A stretch of 64,000 nucleotides of DNA, taken from assembly GCA_937127125.1 (NCBI GenBank), contig CAKZLO010000014.1:36255-100254 (forward strand), in the 5' to 3' direction. Of the stretch, positions 49,479-59,058 are shown one piece after another. The translations under genes and the position numbers were made by a program. Below the pieces are notes generated by a model, which did no database searches, had not been told where the DNA came from, and saw nothing but the letters and a program-made list of their open reading frames with translations. The first letter of the stretch is position 1; each line of letters begins with the position of its first letter. This stretch comes from an uncultured Ardenticatenia bacterium (GTDB lineage Bacteria > Chloroflexota > Anaerolineae > 4572-78 > NAK82).

Positions 49479-50270
49479 CTATGCTACCTCTGGTGCCATT
49501 GACCGATGCACCACGTTTTTCAGCCGACGCAAGAATTGCGCTGGATCGTCCGCCTGTAACACATTGCGTCCGAAAACCACCCCTCGGGCACCTGCGCTAA
49601 CCGCCTTGTGTGCTAGCATAAGGGCATCGAGTTCTGAAGCGAGTTTTTCTGCACCAAGCGCAAATACAGGGATAGGCACCCCTTGCACGACTTCAGCGAA
49701 ACGTTCACCAGTGTAAAAAGTCTTGATAGCATCGGCGCCCAGTTCACAAACGATCCGGCACGTTTTCTTGATATAATCGTGAAACTCATCCGAGTTGGCA
49801 CGCAGATCGTTCGCAGGGAATACCTCTCCTATTAGCGGGATACCCAGCCGGTAGCTTTCACCAGCCAGGCCGGCGAACACCTGCACATTCTGCGCATCAT
49901 GTTCTTCACTGCCAGTTTTCAACACCAGACTAGCCAAGACCAGATCGGCGCCAGCAGCGACAGCAGCTTCCACAGACATCGCCTTGACGGTACACGCTTC
50001 GCGGTAGCCCCATGGCTCGCAGTGGATGGTGTTCCAGTTCAGACGGGCAATCAATGCAGGGCTGCCCTTGCCTTCAAACAGATTGCCGGAGAAGCGGATC
50101 ATTTGAGGTGCCATCAGCACGGCATCAGCTTCTTTAAGGCGCTCTGCAGCGGCTGTAAAATTCAACAAACCTGCCATGGGCCCGAACGTCTGGCCATGAT
50201 CCATAGCAACAATGACAGTGTTGGCACCATCGGGGAATAGCTTGCTGAGGCGAATCGCCTTACCTGACAT
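49479..50270 (-). CDS. Class I aldolase, DhnA/LsrF family
   Basis: Motifs AMDHG, ELGADAIKT (Schiff-base Lys) and GVVFGRNV. Confidence 0.88.
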   Translation of the reverse strand: MSGKAIRLSKLFPDGANTVIVAMDHGQTFGPMAGLLNFTAAAERLKEADAVLMAPQMIRFSGNLFEGKGSPALIARLNWNTIHCEPWGYREACTVKAMSVEAAVAAGADLVLASLVLKTGSEEHDAQNVQVFAGLAGESYRLGIPLIGEVFPANDLRANSDEFHDYIKKTCRIVCELGADAIKTFYTGERFAEVVQGVPIPVFALGAEKLASELDALMLAHKAVSAGARGVVFGRNVLQADDPAQFLRRLKNVVHRSMAPEVA

Positions 50271-50423
50271 ATAAACGCTCCCGTTGACTTGATGATCCTT
50301 GCTGTAGTAATGCTAATGGTAAATTGCCATATGGGTCACATTTGCGTATCATGTTTAATGGGCTGGTAATACAATGCTGCGGGCGCTATCATGCAACCCA
50401 GCTCATTGAGCCAGTCCGATACC

Positions 50424-50468
50424 AGGGAATGCTCGTCGGGAGCTGGCAGGCGTGGACGAGTATTCCCT
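50424..50468. repeat. 14-bp inverted repeat in the DeoR-aldolase spacer
   Basis: AGGGAATGCTCGTC-N17-GACGAGTATTCCCT, followed on the + strand by a T/C-rich run. Confidence 0.5.
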
Positions 50469-50543
50469 TACTTTTCCCCTTTTGCTTACACTGCGCTTTC
50501 CCGCCTCCGCGTCTCGCAGTTGACTCCAAGAGACCGACAGGTG

Positions 50544-51392
50544 TTACACTGTGATAACTTCCACTCCTTCACTACGCAGACGGGCAACAAAATCGGGCGG
50601 CGCCTTATCATCCGTGATCAATGTGTTGATCTTAGTAAGCGGCATAATGGTCACTAGCCCGATTACTCCGATCTTGCTCGAGTCAGCTACAACCACGATT
50701 TTTGAAGCACTGCGCACCAATGCGCGATCCACCTCAGCTTCTAACACATTAGCGGTTGTGACGCCGTTCGAGAAGGTTAGGCCATCGGCGCCGAGAAACA
50801 TCGTATCTGCGTGTAATCCCCGCAACGCTTCAATGGTCTGTGGCCCAACCATCACCTGATATTCGTGAAGGTAGACACCCCCCAGCACAATGATATGGAC
50901 AGTTTTCCAAGCACCCAGCTCATAGACGATGGGCAGGGAAGCAGTGATGACAGTCAAGTTTCCAGAAGTGAGCAAATTGCCTGGGATGTTGCGTGCCACC
51001 TGCAACGTAGTGGTACCCGAGTCGAAAATAAGCCGTTCATTCTCGCGAACCATTTGGGCGGCGGCACGACCAATGCGTTCCTTCTCTCGTGCGTAGGCGA
51101 TGGTACGCGCGGACATGAGTTCGTGGGAAGGCAGCCCGGGAATGCTGACAGCTCCTCCGTGAATGCGTTTCAACAATCCGCTCTGTTCCAGGCGCTCCAG
51201 ATCACGGCGTATAGATACTTCAGACACCCCAAAGCGCCTGCCCAGATCGGCAATTCTCACGACACGATGGGCAGCCAGCTCCTCAAGGATCATTGCGCGT
51301 CGTGCTTGAGCGTCGACCACTGCGCCGGGCTCGCTAGAATAATGTGCCGCAGCTGATCGTTTGATTTGGACGGATGTTTCGGTTGGCATCAT
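50544..51392 (-). CDS. DeoR/GlpR family transcriptional regulator
   Basis: HTH RFGVSEVSIRRDL..L, RIHGGA, FDSGTT and ADSSK. Confidence 0.94.
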   Translation of the reverse strand: MMPTETSVQIKRSAAAHYSSEPGAVVDAQARRAMILEELAAHRVVRIADLGRRFGVSEVSIRRDLERLEQSGLLKRIHGGAVSIPGLPSHELMSARTIAYAREKERIGRAAAQMVRENERLIFDSGTTTLQVARNIPGNLLTSGNLTVITASLPIVYELGAWKTVHIIVLGGVYLHEYQVMVGPQTIEALRGLHADTMFLGADGLTFSNGVTTANVLEAEVDRALVRSASKIVVVADSSKIGVIGLVTIMPLTKINTLITDDKAPPDFVARLRSEGVEVITV

Positions 51393-51419
51393 TTAATGTT
51401 CCGATTTCCTGATATTCAT

Positions 51420-51448
51420 ATTATAGAGCTGAATCAAAACGTTGTCAA
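51420..51448 (-). promoter_or_regulatory. Consensus sigma70 promoter for the DeoR gene and sugar cluster
   Basis: Minus strand reads a perfect TTGACA-N17-TATAAT. Confidence 0.75.
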
Positions 51449-51576
51449 TAGCCCATTCTTTAAGCTTGAATCGTTCATTACAGGAATGTGCATTCAAGGA
51501 TCCAAGTTGGGAGCAATAGCCTTGCTATGGTATACTTGTACGCTACACGGACTCTGCACAGCGTCGCACGGGAGAG

Positions 51577-51942
51577 ATGCCCTACCTTGTGTTCTCGATC
51601 GTAGCGGTCTTGCCGATCGCTATGCTGTTTGCGTTGTTGAACGCGCGTCTGGACTGGCCGGATTACTTTGTCTGGCTGATCGCGGTCAACGTGGTCACCT
51701 TCGGTGTATACGGGTTGGACAAAGTCCTATCCAGAATACGCTGGCTGCGTGCGCCTAATGTCATGCTACTGGGGTTAGCTTTGGCAGGCGGCTTCTGCGG
51801 GGCAGCGATAAGCCAGGCAGTCTTCCGCCACAAGACAAATCCGAAGCGCTATGCGCAATACCCCAAAGTCATTGCAGCGAGTGCACTCGTTCACATTGCC
51901 ATCATTTGGTATTTTTTCCTGCGCATCCGATGGAGTTTTTGA
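51577..51942 (+). CDS. DUF1294 family membrane protein
   Basis: NVVTFGVYGLDK...R.P...L..LALAGG..GA....FRHKT pattern. Confidence 0.85.
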   Translation: MPYLVFSIVAVLPIAMLFALLNARLDWPDYFVWLIAVNVVTFGVYGLDKVLSRIRWLRAPNVMLLGLALAGGFCGAAISQAVFRHKTNPKRYAQYPKVIAASALVHIAIIWYFFLRIRWSF

Positions 51943-52060
51943 GGGTTTGGTTGTGAATGTGCTTTCCTTGACACTAACACATGTAACTATGATGGAACTC
52001 TTATTGTGACGCGCTGCCAACAGCTAGTGCTGCAAAACAGGGGATGTCAAAGGCTGCCGG

Positions 52061-52645
52061 ATGGGAAAGCTGATTTTCATTACAGGAGGCGCTAGATCAG
52101 GCAAAAGCCGTTTTGCGGAGGTGCTTGCGCGTCGCCATCCGGGTCGAGTGTGTTACATCGCTACGGCGACGATCGAGGACGAAGAAATGGCCCGTCGCGT
52201 CGTCGCACATCAACAGCGGCGCCCTGCAGAGTGGGATACCATAGAAAGCAGTGAAAACTTGGCAGCCACCTTGTACCAAGCAGCATCCCACTATGACCTG
52301 TTGTTGGTGGATTGTTTGACCCTATATCTTGCTCGATTTCTGCCTGTCGACCTATTGCAAGGGGATACATTGGGCAGCGATGTGGAAGAAAGAGTGCACA
52401 AGCAAGTTGACGAAGAAATCGCCGCAATCGTAGCTACAGTCCGTCGGATCGCAGCAGATGTTGTGATCGTCAGCAACGAGGTCGGTAGTGGGTTGGTGCC
52501 TTCTTATCCGGCGGGTAGATTGTTTCGCGATGTTATGGGGTACGCCAATCAAACGTTGGCACGGGAAGCAGAGTTCGCATATGCAGTGGTCGCTGGTGTG
52601 CCGCTGGATTTGAAAGCTTTGCAGTCCGTCAGCACACCATGGTAG
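52061..52645 (+). CDS. cobU: Bifunctional adenosylcobinamide kinase/adenosylcobinamide-phosphate guanylyltransferase
   Basis: Motifs GGARSGKS, YIATA, HQQRRP, DCLT, VSNEVG and FRD..G.ANQ. Confidence 0.93.
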   Translation: MGKLIFITGGARSGKSRFAEVLARRHPGRVCYIATATIEDEEMARRVVAHQQRRPAEWDTIESSENLAATLYQAASHYDLLLVDCLTLYLARFLPVDLLQGDTLGSDVEERVHKQVDEEIAAIVATVRRIAADVVIVSNEVGSGLVPSYPAGRLFRDVMGYANQTLAREAEFAYAVVAGVPLDLKALQSVSTPW

Positions 52646-53403
52646 AGATGAGAACGGTGCGTGGACTGTTTGCCGCACTGAGCTTCCTGACTGCCATCCC
52701 GATACCGGAGCGGTTGATAGGTAGGGTACCTACCTCGCCGGGCTACATGCTGTGGTGGTGGGGCGTGGTAGGGGGATTAATAGGTGCACTGGCGGCCGCT
52801 GTGGTTTGGCTGGCACACCTCCGACTGCCTTGGGATGCTTGTGCAGCGATTGGCGTCGTCGCGCCCGTCATACTTAGCGGTGGCTTGCATTTAGACGGTT
52901 TTGCTGACACCTGTGATGGCGCAGGCTCGCGTGCGCCGCGTGAACATGCTCTTGCGATTATGAAAGACTCACGGACAGGTGCGTTTGGGGTAATTGGTAT
53001 CGTCTGTTTACTGCTGCTCAAGTTTGGTCTCTTGGCCAGCTTAGTGCCCTCTTGGGGCATCGCTGCGGTTGGTTCGGCGCCGGTAGCAGGCCGTTTAGCT
53101 CAACTTTGGGTCTTGCGCGTCTATCCTTATGCACGCGTGGAAGGGGGCATGGCAGGCGCGTTTTTCGACGCTGCCACGTGGCGGCACGTCACTGTGACAG
53201 CACTGGTGGCAGCTGCAGTGGTCTTAGTATGGTTTCGACACGCTGGTGTCTTGATATTGGTGACTGCGATACTACTGGGAGGAGTCGGTGCTGCAACGAT
53301 TGCTCGCTGGCTAGGAGGACACACTGGTGACACTGTCGGTGCGATTTCCGAGATCACCGAGGTAGGGTTTATCCTGATGTCAACGATCATAGCTGGAACA
53401 TAA
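52639..53403 (+). CDS. cobS: Cobalamin (5'-phosphate) synthase
   Basis: Motifs FLTAIP, GGLHLDGFADTCDG, IMKDSRTGAFG and GGHTGDTVGA. Confidence 0.93.
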   Translation: MVEMRTVRGLFAALSFLTAIPIPERLIGRVPTSPGYMLWWWGVVGGLIGALAAAVVWLAHLRLPWDACAAIGVVAPVILSGGLHLDGFADTCDGAGSRAPREHALAIMKDSRTGAFGVIGIVCLLLLKFGLLASLVPSWGIAAVGSAPVAGRLAQLWVLRVYPYARVEGGMAGAFFDAATWRHVTVTALVAAAVVLVWFRHAGVLILVTAILLGGVGAATIARWLGGHTGDTVGAISEITEVGFILMSTIIAGT

Positions 53404-53437
53404 AGGAACATCCGAGAACGATTGGAGAAGGTGACTG

Positions 53438-54745
53438 ATGGCGGAAATAAAACCTTTTCGCGGCGTGCGTTACAACCCTTCCATGATTCCGGAGTTGAGT
53501 CAGGTGGTCATCCAGCCCTACGATCGTATCTCGCCAACGATGCACAAGCAGTATCTGCAACAACATCCTTACAACTTTGTCAGACTTATTCTGGGCGATT
53601 TTGATACGCCTCAGTCCCCGAATCCGTATGCCCACGTTGCTGAGCTCCATCACCACTGGCTGCAGGCAGGGATACTGACCCGGGATCCAGAGCCTTCATT
53701 ATATGTTTTCCATCAGGTATTCCGTTCTCCAGAGGGTGCTGAGCTACGACGACGTGCCTTCTTGGCCGCTCTGCAGCTGAGCCCCTTCGAAAGAGAGGTT
53801 GTATTGCCCCACGAACGCACATTGTCTGCCCCCAAGGAGGATCGCCTTCGCCTGTTTCGTGCCACTCAGATAAGTTTTGAGCCCGTTTTTCTACTCTATC
53901 CCGACAGCGAGAATCGCATTAATGCATGGTTGGATGCCGCTGTGAACGGTCGCGTGCCAGATGTGGAGATATGCGAAACGTTTGAGCCTGGCGTGCGAAA
54001 TCAGCTGTGGGTGTTGCGCGATAAGGAGGTTATCGAGAAGGTCCAGACTGAAATGGCGCCCAAGCATCATCTAATCATTGCTGATGGCCATCACCGATAT
54101 GAGACTGCACTGAATTACTGTACAGAAATGCGTGCAGCCCTCCCCGATGCTTCTCCAGACGCCTGGTACAATTACACTCTCGTTTCGTTGGTCAGCCTCA
54201 ATGATCCAGCACTTGTCATTCTGCCGACTCATCGGCTGGTGTATTCTTACTCCGGGTTGACATCTGGCGAACTGGAAGATGCTGCAGGGCGCTATTTTAT
54301 TGTGCAGCCTTTGTCGCAGCGAGAGCAGGTCCTGTCAATGTTGCAGGCTGCGAGGGAAAGGAGTGGCGTGTTCGGATTTATTACGCAAGACCGGCAGTCA
54401 ATCTGGACACTGCGGGATCAGCGCATCATGATCGAGCTGTTACCCGACCGCCCTGCAGTATGGCGCGAGCTGGACGTCGTCATATTGCATCAGCTGGTGC
54501 TTGAGGGATTGATGGGATTGAGCGCTGATTCCATCGCACGCCAGGAAAACTTGCGTTATCTACGCGACGCGGAAGATGGCATCCGAGCTATCGAACAGGG
54601 AGAGGCACAATTCCTTTTCTTGCTGAACCCAACGCGCGTCGCTCAGGTGCGCATGTGCGCTGAAGCTGGGGAAAAGATGCCTCAAAAGTCCACCGACTTC
54701 TATCCCAAGATGGTGAGCGGTTTGGTGTGGATGGAGCTGCGCTGA
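53438..54745 (+). CDS. DUF1015 family protein
   Basis: Motifs IKPFRG, PYD, LPHERT, IADGHHRYE, PTHR and MPQKSTDFYPK. Confidence 0.9.
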   Translation: MAEIKPFRGVRYNPSMIPELSQVVIQPYDRISPTMHKQYLQQHPYNFVRLILGDFDTPQSPNPYAHVAELHHHWLQAGILTRDPEPSLYVFHQVFRSPEGAELRRRAFLAALQLSPFEREVVLPHERTLSAPKEDRLRLFRATQISFEPVFLLYPDSENRINAWLDAAVNGRVPDVEICETFEPGVRNQLWVLRDKEVIEKVQTEMAPKHHLIIADGHHRYETALNYCTEMRAALPDASPDAWYNYTLVSLVSLNDPALVILPTHRLVYSYSGLTSGELEDAAGRYFIVQPLSQREQVLSMLQAARERSGVFGFITQDRQSIWTLRDQRIMIELLPDRPAVWRELDVVILHQLVLEGLMGLSADSIARQENLRYLRDAEDGIRAIEQGEAQFLFLLNPTRVAQVRMCAEAGEKMPQKSTDFYPKMVSGLVWMELR

Positions 54746-54799
54746 TCACACGGTTCCAGCTCTCGAAGAGGCAGAAATGAATCCGGAACCATACAAGGA

Positions 54800-55312
54800 T
54801 CAACTCGCTGGTGTGAAGAAGAGCACTGCCGCGACAATTCCCACCACAGCACAAATAAGCATCAAGGAGAGAGCAATCACAAGAACGATGTAGAGACGAT
54901 AGTCTGCTACCTCTGGACGTGGGGGCAGAGCGGGAAAGGTAGCAGCTTCCGGGGATGTTGGGCTGGGGTTGTTTGACAAAGGCACGACATCTGCTGGCGT
55001 GTGAGGCGCAAGCAATGGCACGATCGGGAGAGATGGAGGCGTACGGCCAAGCTGTTCCAACCCTTTGCGTGCTCGCTCGTTATAGGGATTGAGGGTTAGA
55101 ACGTTCTCAAGGCAGACAATGCGCTCGGCGTCTGTGTCTACCACTCCGCTCATCCACAGCCAGGCTTGCTCATTGCGTCGGTCGGCGGCCAATATTGCTT
55201 CCAGCAGGCGACGTGCTTCTGTTTTCCTACCTGCCTTGAGTGCTACGATTGCCTGAGTTAGGGTCTCTTTTGTGTTCACGGAGGTCACACGCTTTGTTCT
55301 ATCTTCTCCCAC
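54800..55312 (-). CDS. Hypothetical protein with an N-terminal TPR-like motif and C-terminal TM helix
   Basis: [14 protein letters not shown]...NEQAWLWM...CLENVL.LNP.N..A, Pro-rich linker and TM segment; start uncertain. Confidence 0.75.
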   Translation of the reverse strand: MGEDRTKRVTSVNTKETLTQAIVALKAGRKTEARRLLEAILAADRRNEQAWLWMSGVVDTDAERIVCLENVLTLNPYNERARKGLEQLGRTPPSLPIVPLLAPHTPADVVPLSNNPSPTSPEAATFPALPPRPEVADYRLYIVLVIALSLMLICAVVGIVAAVLFFTPAS

Positions 55313-57309
55313 GCGGGGCGAGTGTCCATCTCCTCGACCAATCGGCGCAGCTCGAAGATTTGGTCGCGCAGAAGGGCAGCCTTTTCGAACTCCAGCCGGG
55401 CTGCGGCCGCTTTCATCTCCTTTTCTAGCTCCTTAATAAGGTGAAATGCCTCTTCCTTAGGTAACTCGCGATGGACGCGATATGGAACCCGTTCTTCAGC
55501 TACCTTGTGGAGCTGGATGCGATCCGTCAGGTCGCGCACTGCCTTGACAATGGAACGCGGCTCAATGCCGTGAGCTTGATTATAGGCCATCTGCTTCGCA
55601 CGGCGACGATTGGTCTCCTCAATAGCACGCCGCATCGACTCGGTAATCGTATCAGCATACATAATGGCAGTGCCTTCCACATGACGGGCAGCACGTCCGA
55701 TGGTTTGGATCAGGGCAGATTCGGAACGCAGGAAACCCTCCTTATCGGCGTCCAAAATGGCTACCAGCGACACCTCTGGAAGGTCAAGACCCTCTCGCAA
55801 CAGATTGATGCCCACTACTACATCGTACACACCCAGGCGCAGGTCGCGCAAGATTTCCACCCGCTCTATGGTCTCAATATCGCTGTGGAGATAGTGTACT
55901 TTGATGCCCAGCTCCATCAGGTAGTCAGCCAAGTCCTCTGCCATACGCTTGGTCAACGTAGTCACGAGCGCGCGCTCACCGCGCTGGACGCGCCGCCTAA
56001 TCTCGGCGATCAAGTCATCTATCTGCCCTTTGATCGGGCGCACAATGATCTGCGGATCAACTAACCCGGTAGGTCGAATCACCTGTTCGACCACATGACC
56101 CTTTGACACACTCAGCTCATAGGGGCCTGGGGTAGCACTAGTGTAGATAACCTGATGGATATGTTCCTCCCATTCCTGAAAGCTAAGCGGACGGTTGTCT
56201 AAGGCGCTGGGCAGGCGAAATCCATATTCTACTAACACCTGCTTGCGGCTGCGGTCGCCATGGTACATGCCGTGGATTTGTGGGATGGTCATATGAGATT
56301 CGTCAATGACTATCAGGAAGTCATCAGGGAAATAGTCGAGCAATGTCCAAGGCGTGGAGCCAGGCTCGCGCTGACCCAGATGGCGTGAATAGTTTTCAAT
56401 GCCAGCGCAGTAGCCCACTTCGCGCAGCATTTCAATGTCGTACCGCGTACGCTGCTCAAGCCGCTGGGCCTCCAACAGCTTGCCTTGTGCCCGCAATTCG
56501 GCCAGGCGTTCTTCCAGTTCTGCCTCTATGTCCTCAATTGCTTTCAGCAGCTTCTCTTGAGGGGTAATGAAGTGCTTAGCCGGATATATGTCCAGGCTGG
56601 TGCGCCGTGCCAAGACCTCTCCTGTCATAGGGTCGATCTCTGTGATGCGTTCGATCTCATCCCCGAAGAACTCGATACGGTATGCCAGATCGCCGTAAGG
56701 CGGCATAACCTCCAGCGTATCACCCCGCACGCGAAACGAACCATGCTTCAACTGAAAGTCGTTGCGATCGTAATGGATGTTCACCAAGTGGCGCAATATC
56801 TTGTCGCGCTTGCGCGTTTCACCTTGTTGGAGATGAATGACTACCTTGCCATATTCCACGGGATCGCCTAAACCGTAAATGGCGCTCACCGATGCAACGA
56901 TGATGACATCGCGCCGGGAGAAAAGCGCTTGGGTTGCCGCCAGTCGCAGCCGATCTATTTCGTCATTAATACTGGCATCTTTTTCGATGTAGGTGTCCGT
57001 GCGCGGGATGTAGGCTTCTGGTTGATAATAATCGTAATAGCTGACAAAGTACTCGACCGCGTTGTTCGGGAAGAACTCACGGAACTCGCTATACAGCTGG
57101 GCAGCCAGCGTCTTGTTGTGCACCATCACCAAAGTGGGCCTTTGGACTGCCTCGATCACCTTGGCTATGGTAAAAGTCTTGCCTGTGCCGGTAGCACCCA
57201 ACAGGGTCTGGTGCTTCACACCGGCGCGCAGGCCGGCTACCAGCCGTTCGATGGCCTCTGGTTGATCTCCAGTGGGTTGAAAGTCGGATACCACCTTGAA
57301 ATCAGGCAT
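55285..57309 (-). CDS. uvrB: Excinuclease ABC subunit B
   Basis: Motifs [52 protein letters not shown] and C-terminal UVR domain. Confidence 0.98.
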   Translation of the reverse strand: MPDFKVVSDFQPTGDQPEAIERLVAGLRAGVKHQTLLGATGTGKTFTIAKVIEAVQRPTLVMVHNKTLAAQLYSEFREFFPNNAVEYFVSYYDYYQPEAYIPRTDTYIEKDASINDEIDRLRLAATQALFSRRDVIIVASVSAIYGLGDPVEYGKVVIHLQQGETRKRDKILRHLVNIHYDRNDFQLKHGSFRVRGDTLEVMPPYGDLAYRIEFFGDEIERITEIDPMTGEVLARRTSLDIYPAKHFITPQEKLLKAIEDIEAELEERLAELRAQGKLLEAQRLEQRTRYDIEMLREVGYCAGIENYSRHLGQREPGSTPWTLLDYFPDDFLIVIDESHMTIPQIHGMYHGDRSRKQVLVEYGFRLPSALDNRPLSFQEWEEHIHQVIYTSATPGPYELSVSKGHVVEQVIRPTGLVDPQIIVRPIKGQIDDLIAEIRRRVQRGERALVTTLTKRMAEDLADYLMELGIKVHYLHSDIETIERVEILRDLRLGVYDVVVGINLLREGLDLPEVSLVAILDADKEGFLRSESALIQTIGRAARHVEGTAIMYADTITESMRRAIEETNRRRAKQMAYNQAHGIEPRSIVKAVRDLTDRIQLHKVAEERVPYRVHRELPKEEAFHLIKELEKEMKAAAARLEFEKAALLRDQIFELRRLVEEMDTRPAWEKIEQSV

Positions 57310-57362
57310 ACCGATCTGTCACTCTTTACAACGCTGCGCAATCAAAGTTATTACATCGATTC

Positions 57363-57392
57363 ATTATGCGCCGGCTTGCACATGGTTGTCAA
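57363..57392 (-). promoter_or_regulatory. Putative promoter of uvrB
   Basis: Minus strand reads TTGACA-N18-CATAAT. Confidence 0.5.
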
Positions 57393-57825
57393 CCTTCGAT
57401 TGCTCGTGCCAAACCTGTTACACTTCTACCAGAGGCGATCTTTCTCTCTTAATGCCTTTGTTGGCTTCATAACAGTTACTTCGCGTCTACCTGCCCGAGT
57501 ACTTACCACGCCCTTGTCAAGGCCGACAGATCAGATAACCATTCTGTGATTGAGCTGCTGCAGCAGCTTGGATCGGCATTTTTGCACGCACACGTCGCAT
57601 AAGACTTTTTCCTCTTCAGCACCCTCGCCAACAACGTCACCAGGATAACCGATAGGAGAACATCTGGGCGTGGCAATGGGGCTGGGTGCACACTTCACGA
57701 GATGCTTCATTGCACTTTCGGGATAGATGTTGGTAGACATTCTTCGCCATATGTAGATGGGCTCCATCCTTTTCAACCGTGCCATCCATCAGAACCTGGC
57801 CCCCTAACCTAACACAGGCAAAACA

Positions 57826-57854
57826 TTGACAGATATCCCGAAGGCTGCTACAAT
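57826..57854 (+). promoter_or_regulatory. Putative promoter of acpP
   Basis: TTGACA-N17-TACAAT with extended -10 TG. Confidence 0.7.
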
Positions 57855-57909
57855 CGCTTTTATCTAAGCGCACGAATATCATTTCACATGAGGGAGGGAA
57901 ATCCATAAA

Positions 57910-58152
57910 ATGGCGACAACAGAGGAGATCTTTAACAAGGTAAAGGCCATTATTGTCGAGCAGCTAGGTGTCGATGAATCTCGGGTCACTATGGATGCCA
58001 GCTTTCGCGAAGACCTAGAGGCCGACTCCCTCGATCTGGTAGAACTGATCATGGCCTTCGAAGAAGAATTCGGTGGTGAGATCTCCGATGAAGAAGCGCA
58101 AAAGATCACCACTGTCCGCGAAGCTGTGGAATACTTGAAGAACAATATGTAA
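57910..58152 (+). CDS. acpP: Acyl carrier protein
   Basis: [21 protein letters not shown] phosphopantetheine site. Confidence 0.96.
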   Translation: MATTEEIFNKVKAIIVEQLGVDESRVTMDASFREDLEADSLDLVELIMAFEEEFGGEISDEEAQKITTVREAVEYLKNNM

Positions 58153-58271
58153 CTTTAGCTGTCCTCTCCATCTCATCTTCGTAGCCTCAGGTGGTCAGCG
58201 AGGCGTAGTGCAAGTACCGGGGATGACTAACCCGGCAAGTGTATCCTCCTATGAGGATGTCACTGTCCCAA

Positions 58272-58339
58272 AGAGGTTACGATAGCTGCCATGGTGAGCC
58301 CCTCCGGTAACTGCTATCGTAATCTCTCTTTTCGTCTTT
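58272..58339 (+). terminator. Terminator-like hairpin between acpP and mobA
   Basis: 15-bp stem AGAGGTTACGATAGC/GCTATCGTAATCTCT (one G-U pair) followed by CTTTTCGTCTTT. Confidence 0.55.
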
Positions 58340-58355
58340 GCACGGTGGCAGGCAG

Positions 58356-58958
58356 GTGAAAGTAAGCGTTGGGATTCTGGCGGGTGGTCAGAGCCGGCGA
58401 ATGGGACGTGATAAGGCCTTCCTGCCCGTGGGAGGGAAACCCGCTGCCCTGCGGGTACTTGAGCGAGTTGCTCTACTCAGCGATGACGTGATTCTGGTCA
58501 CAAACTCACCCGACAAATATCAATCCTTTGTAGATTGTCGCATCACAACCGATATTCATCCTGGCAAGGGATCTCTCGGTGGCATTTACAGCGCGCTTGT
58601 CGTGGCGCGATACCCCCACTGTCTTGTTGTCGGCTGTGACATGCCCTTTCTGAATGTGCGAGTGCTGAGGTATTTGGCACGGGTGGCGAGTATCTGGGAC
58701 TACGATGTGGTGGTCCCACAGGTATCCGGCAGGTTTGAGACTCTGCATGCCATCTACAGCAAACGTTGCTTATATCCTATTGAACAGCGCATACTACATA
58801 GCGAATTGCGCATCGCCAGTCTCTTCGAAGACGTGCGTGTGTGTGTGGTAGAACAATATCGTCTGGAGCGCTTTGATCCACTTCTGCACTCCTTTCTGAA
58901 TATGAATACGCCGGATGAGTGGCGACACCTTCAACAGATTGCCGCCGACGGTGAGTAA
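58356..58958 (+). CDS. mobA: Molybdenum cofactor guanylyltransferase
   Basis: Motifs ILAGGQSRRMGRDKA, GSLGGIYSAL, GCDMPFL, ETLHAIY and NMNTP; start set at GTG 58356. Confidence 0.9.
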   Translation: MKVSVGILAGGQSRRMGRDKAFLPVGGKPAALRVLERVALLSDDVILVTNSPDKYQSFVDCRITTDIHPGKGSLGGIYSALVVARYPHCLVVGCDMPFLNVRVLRYLARVASIWDYDVVVPQVSGRFETLHAIYSKRCLYPIEQRILHSELRIASLFEDVRVCVVEQYRLERFDPLLHSFLNMNTPDEWRHLQQIAADGE

Positions 58959-59058
58959 AAGGTTAGCCGCCCAAGAGCTGGCCGAAGACATCGCTTTACC
59001 TGGTAACAGAGATGAGCGGGCACATGTTGACACCCTATGGACCGGGGGACGTTGATCA

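Noticed and set aside
51943..52060. Cobalamin riboswitch upstream of cobU
   Set aside because: The spacer is short and lacks the GGGAA, GCCACTG and B12-box elements.
57310..57530. LexA (GAAC-N4-GTTC) box upstream of uvrB
   Set aside because: No convincing match found by eye.
57531..57785. 84-aa minus-strand ORF containing CDVCVQKC in the uvrB-acpP spacer
   Set aside because: No clear RBS or family resemblance; it cannot be supported without a homology search.
58184..58220. Hairpin followed by GTAGTGCAA resembling a c-di-GMP-II riboswitch
   Set aside because: The upstream GGCAC pseudoknot partner and kink-turn elements are absent.
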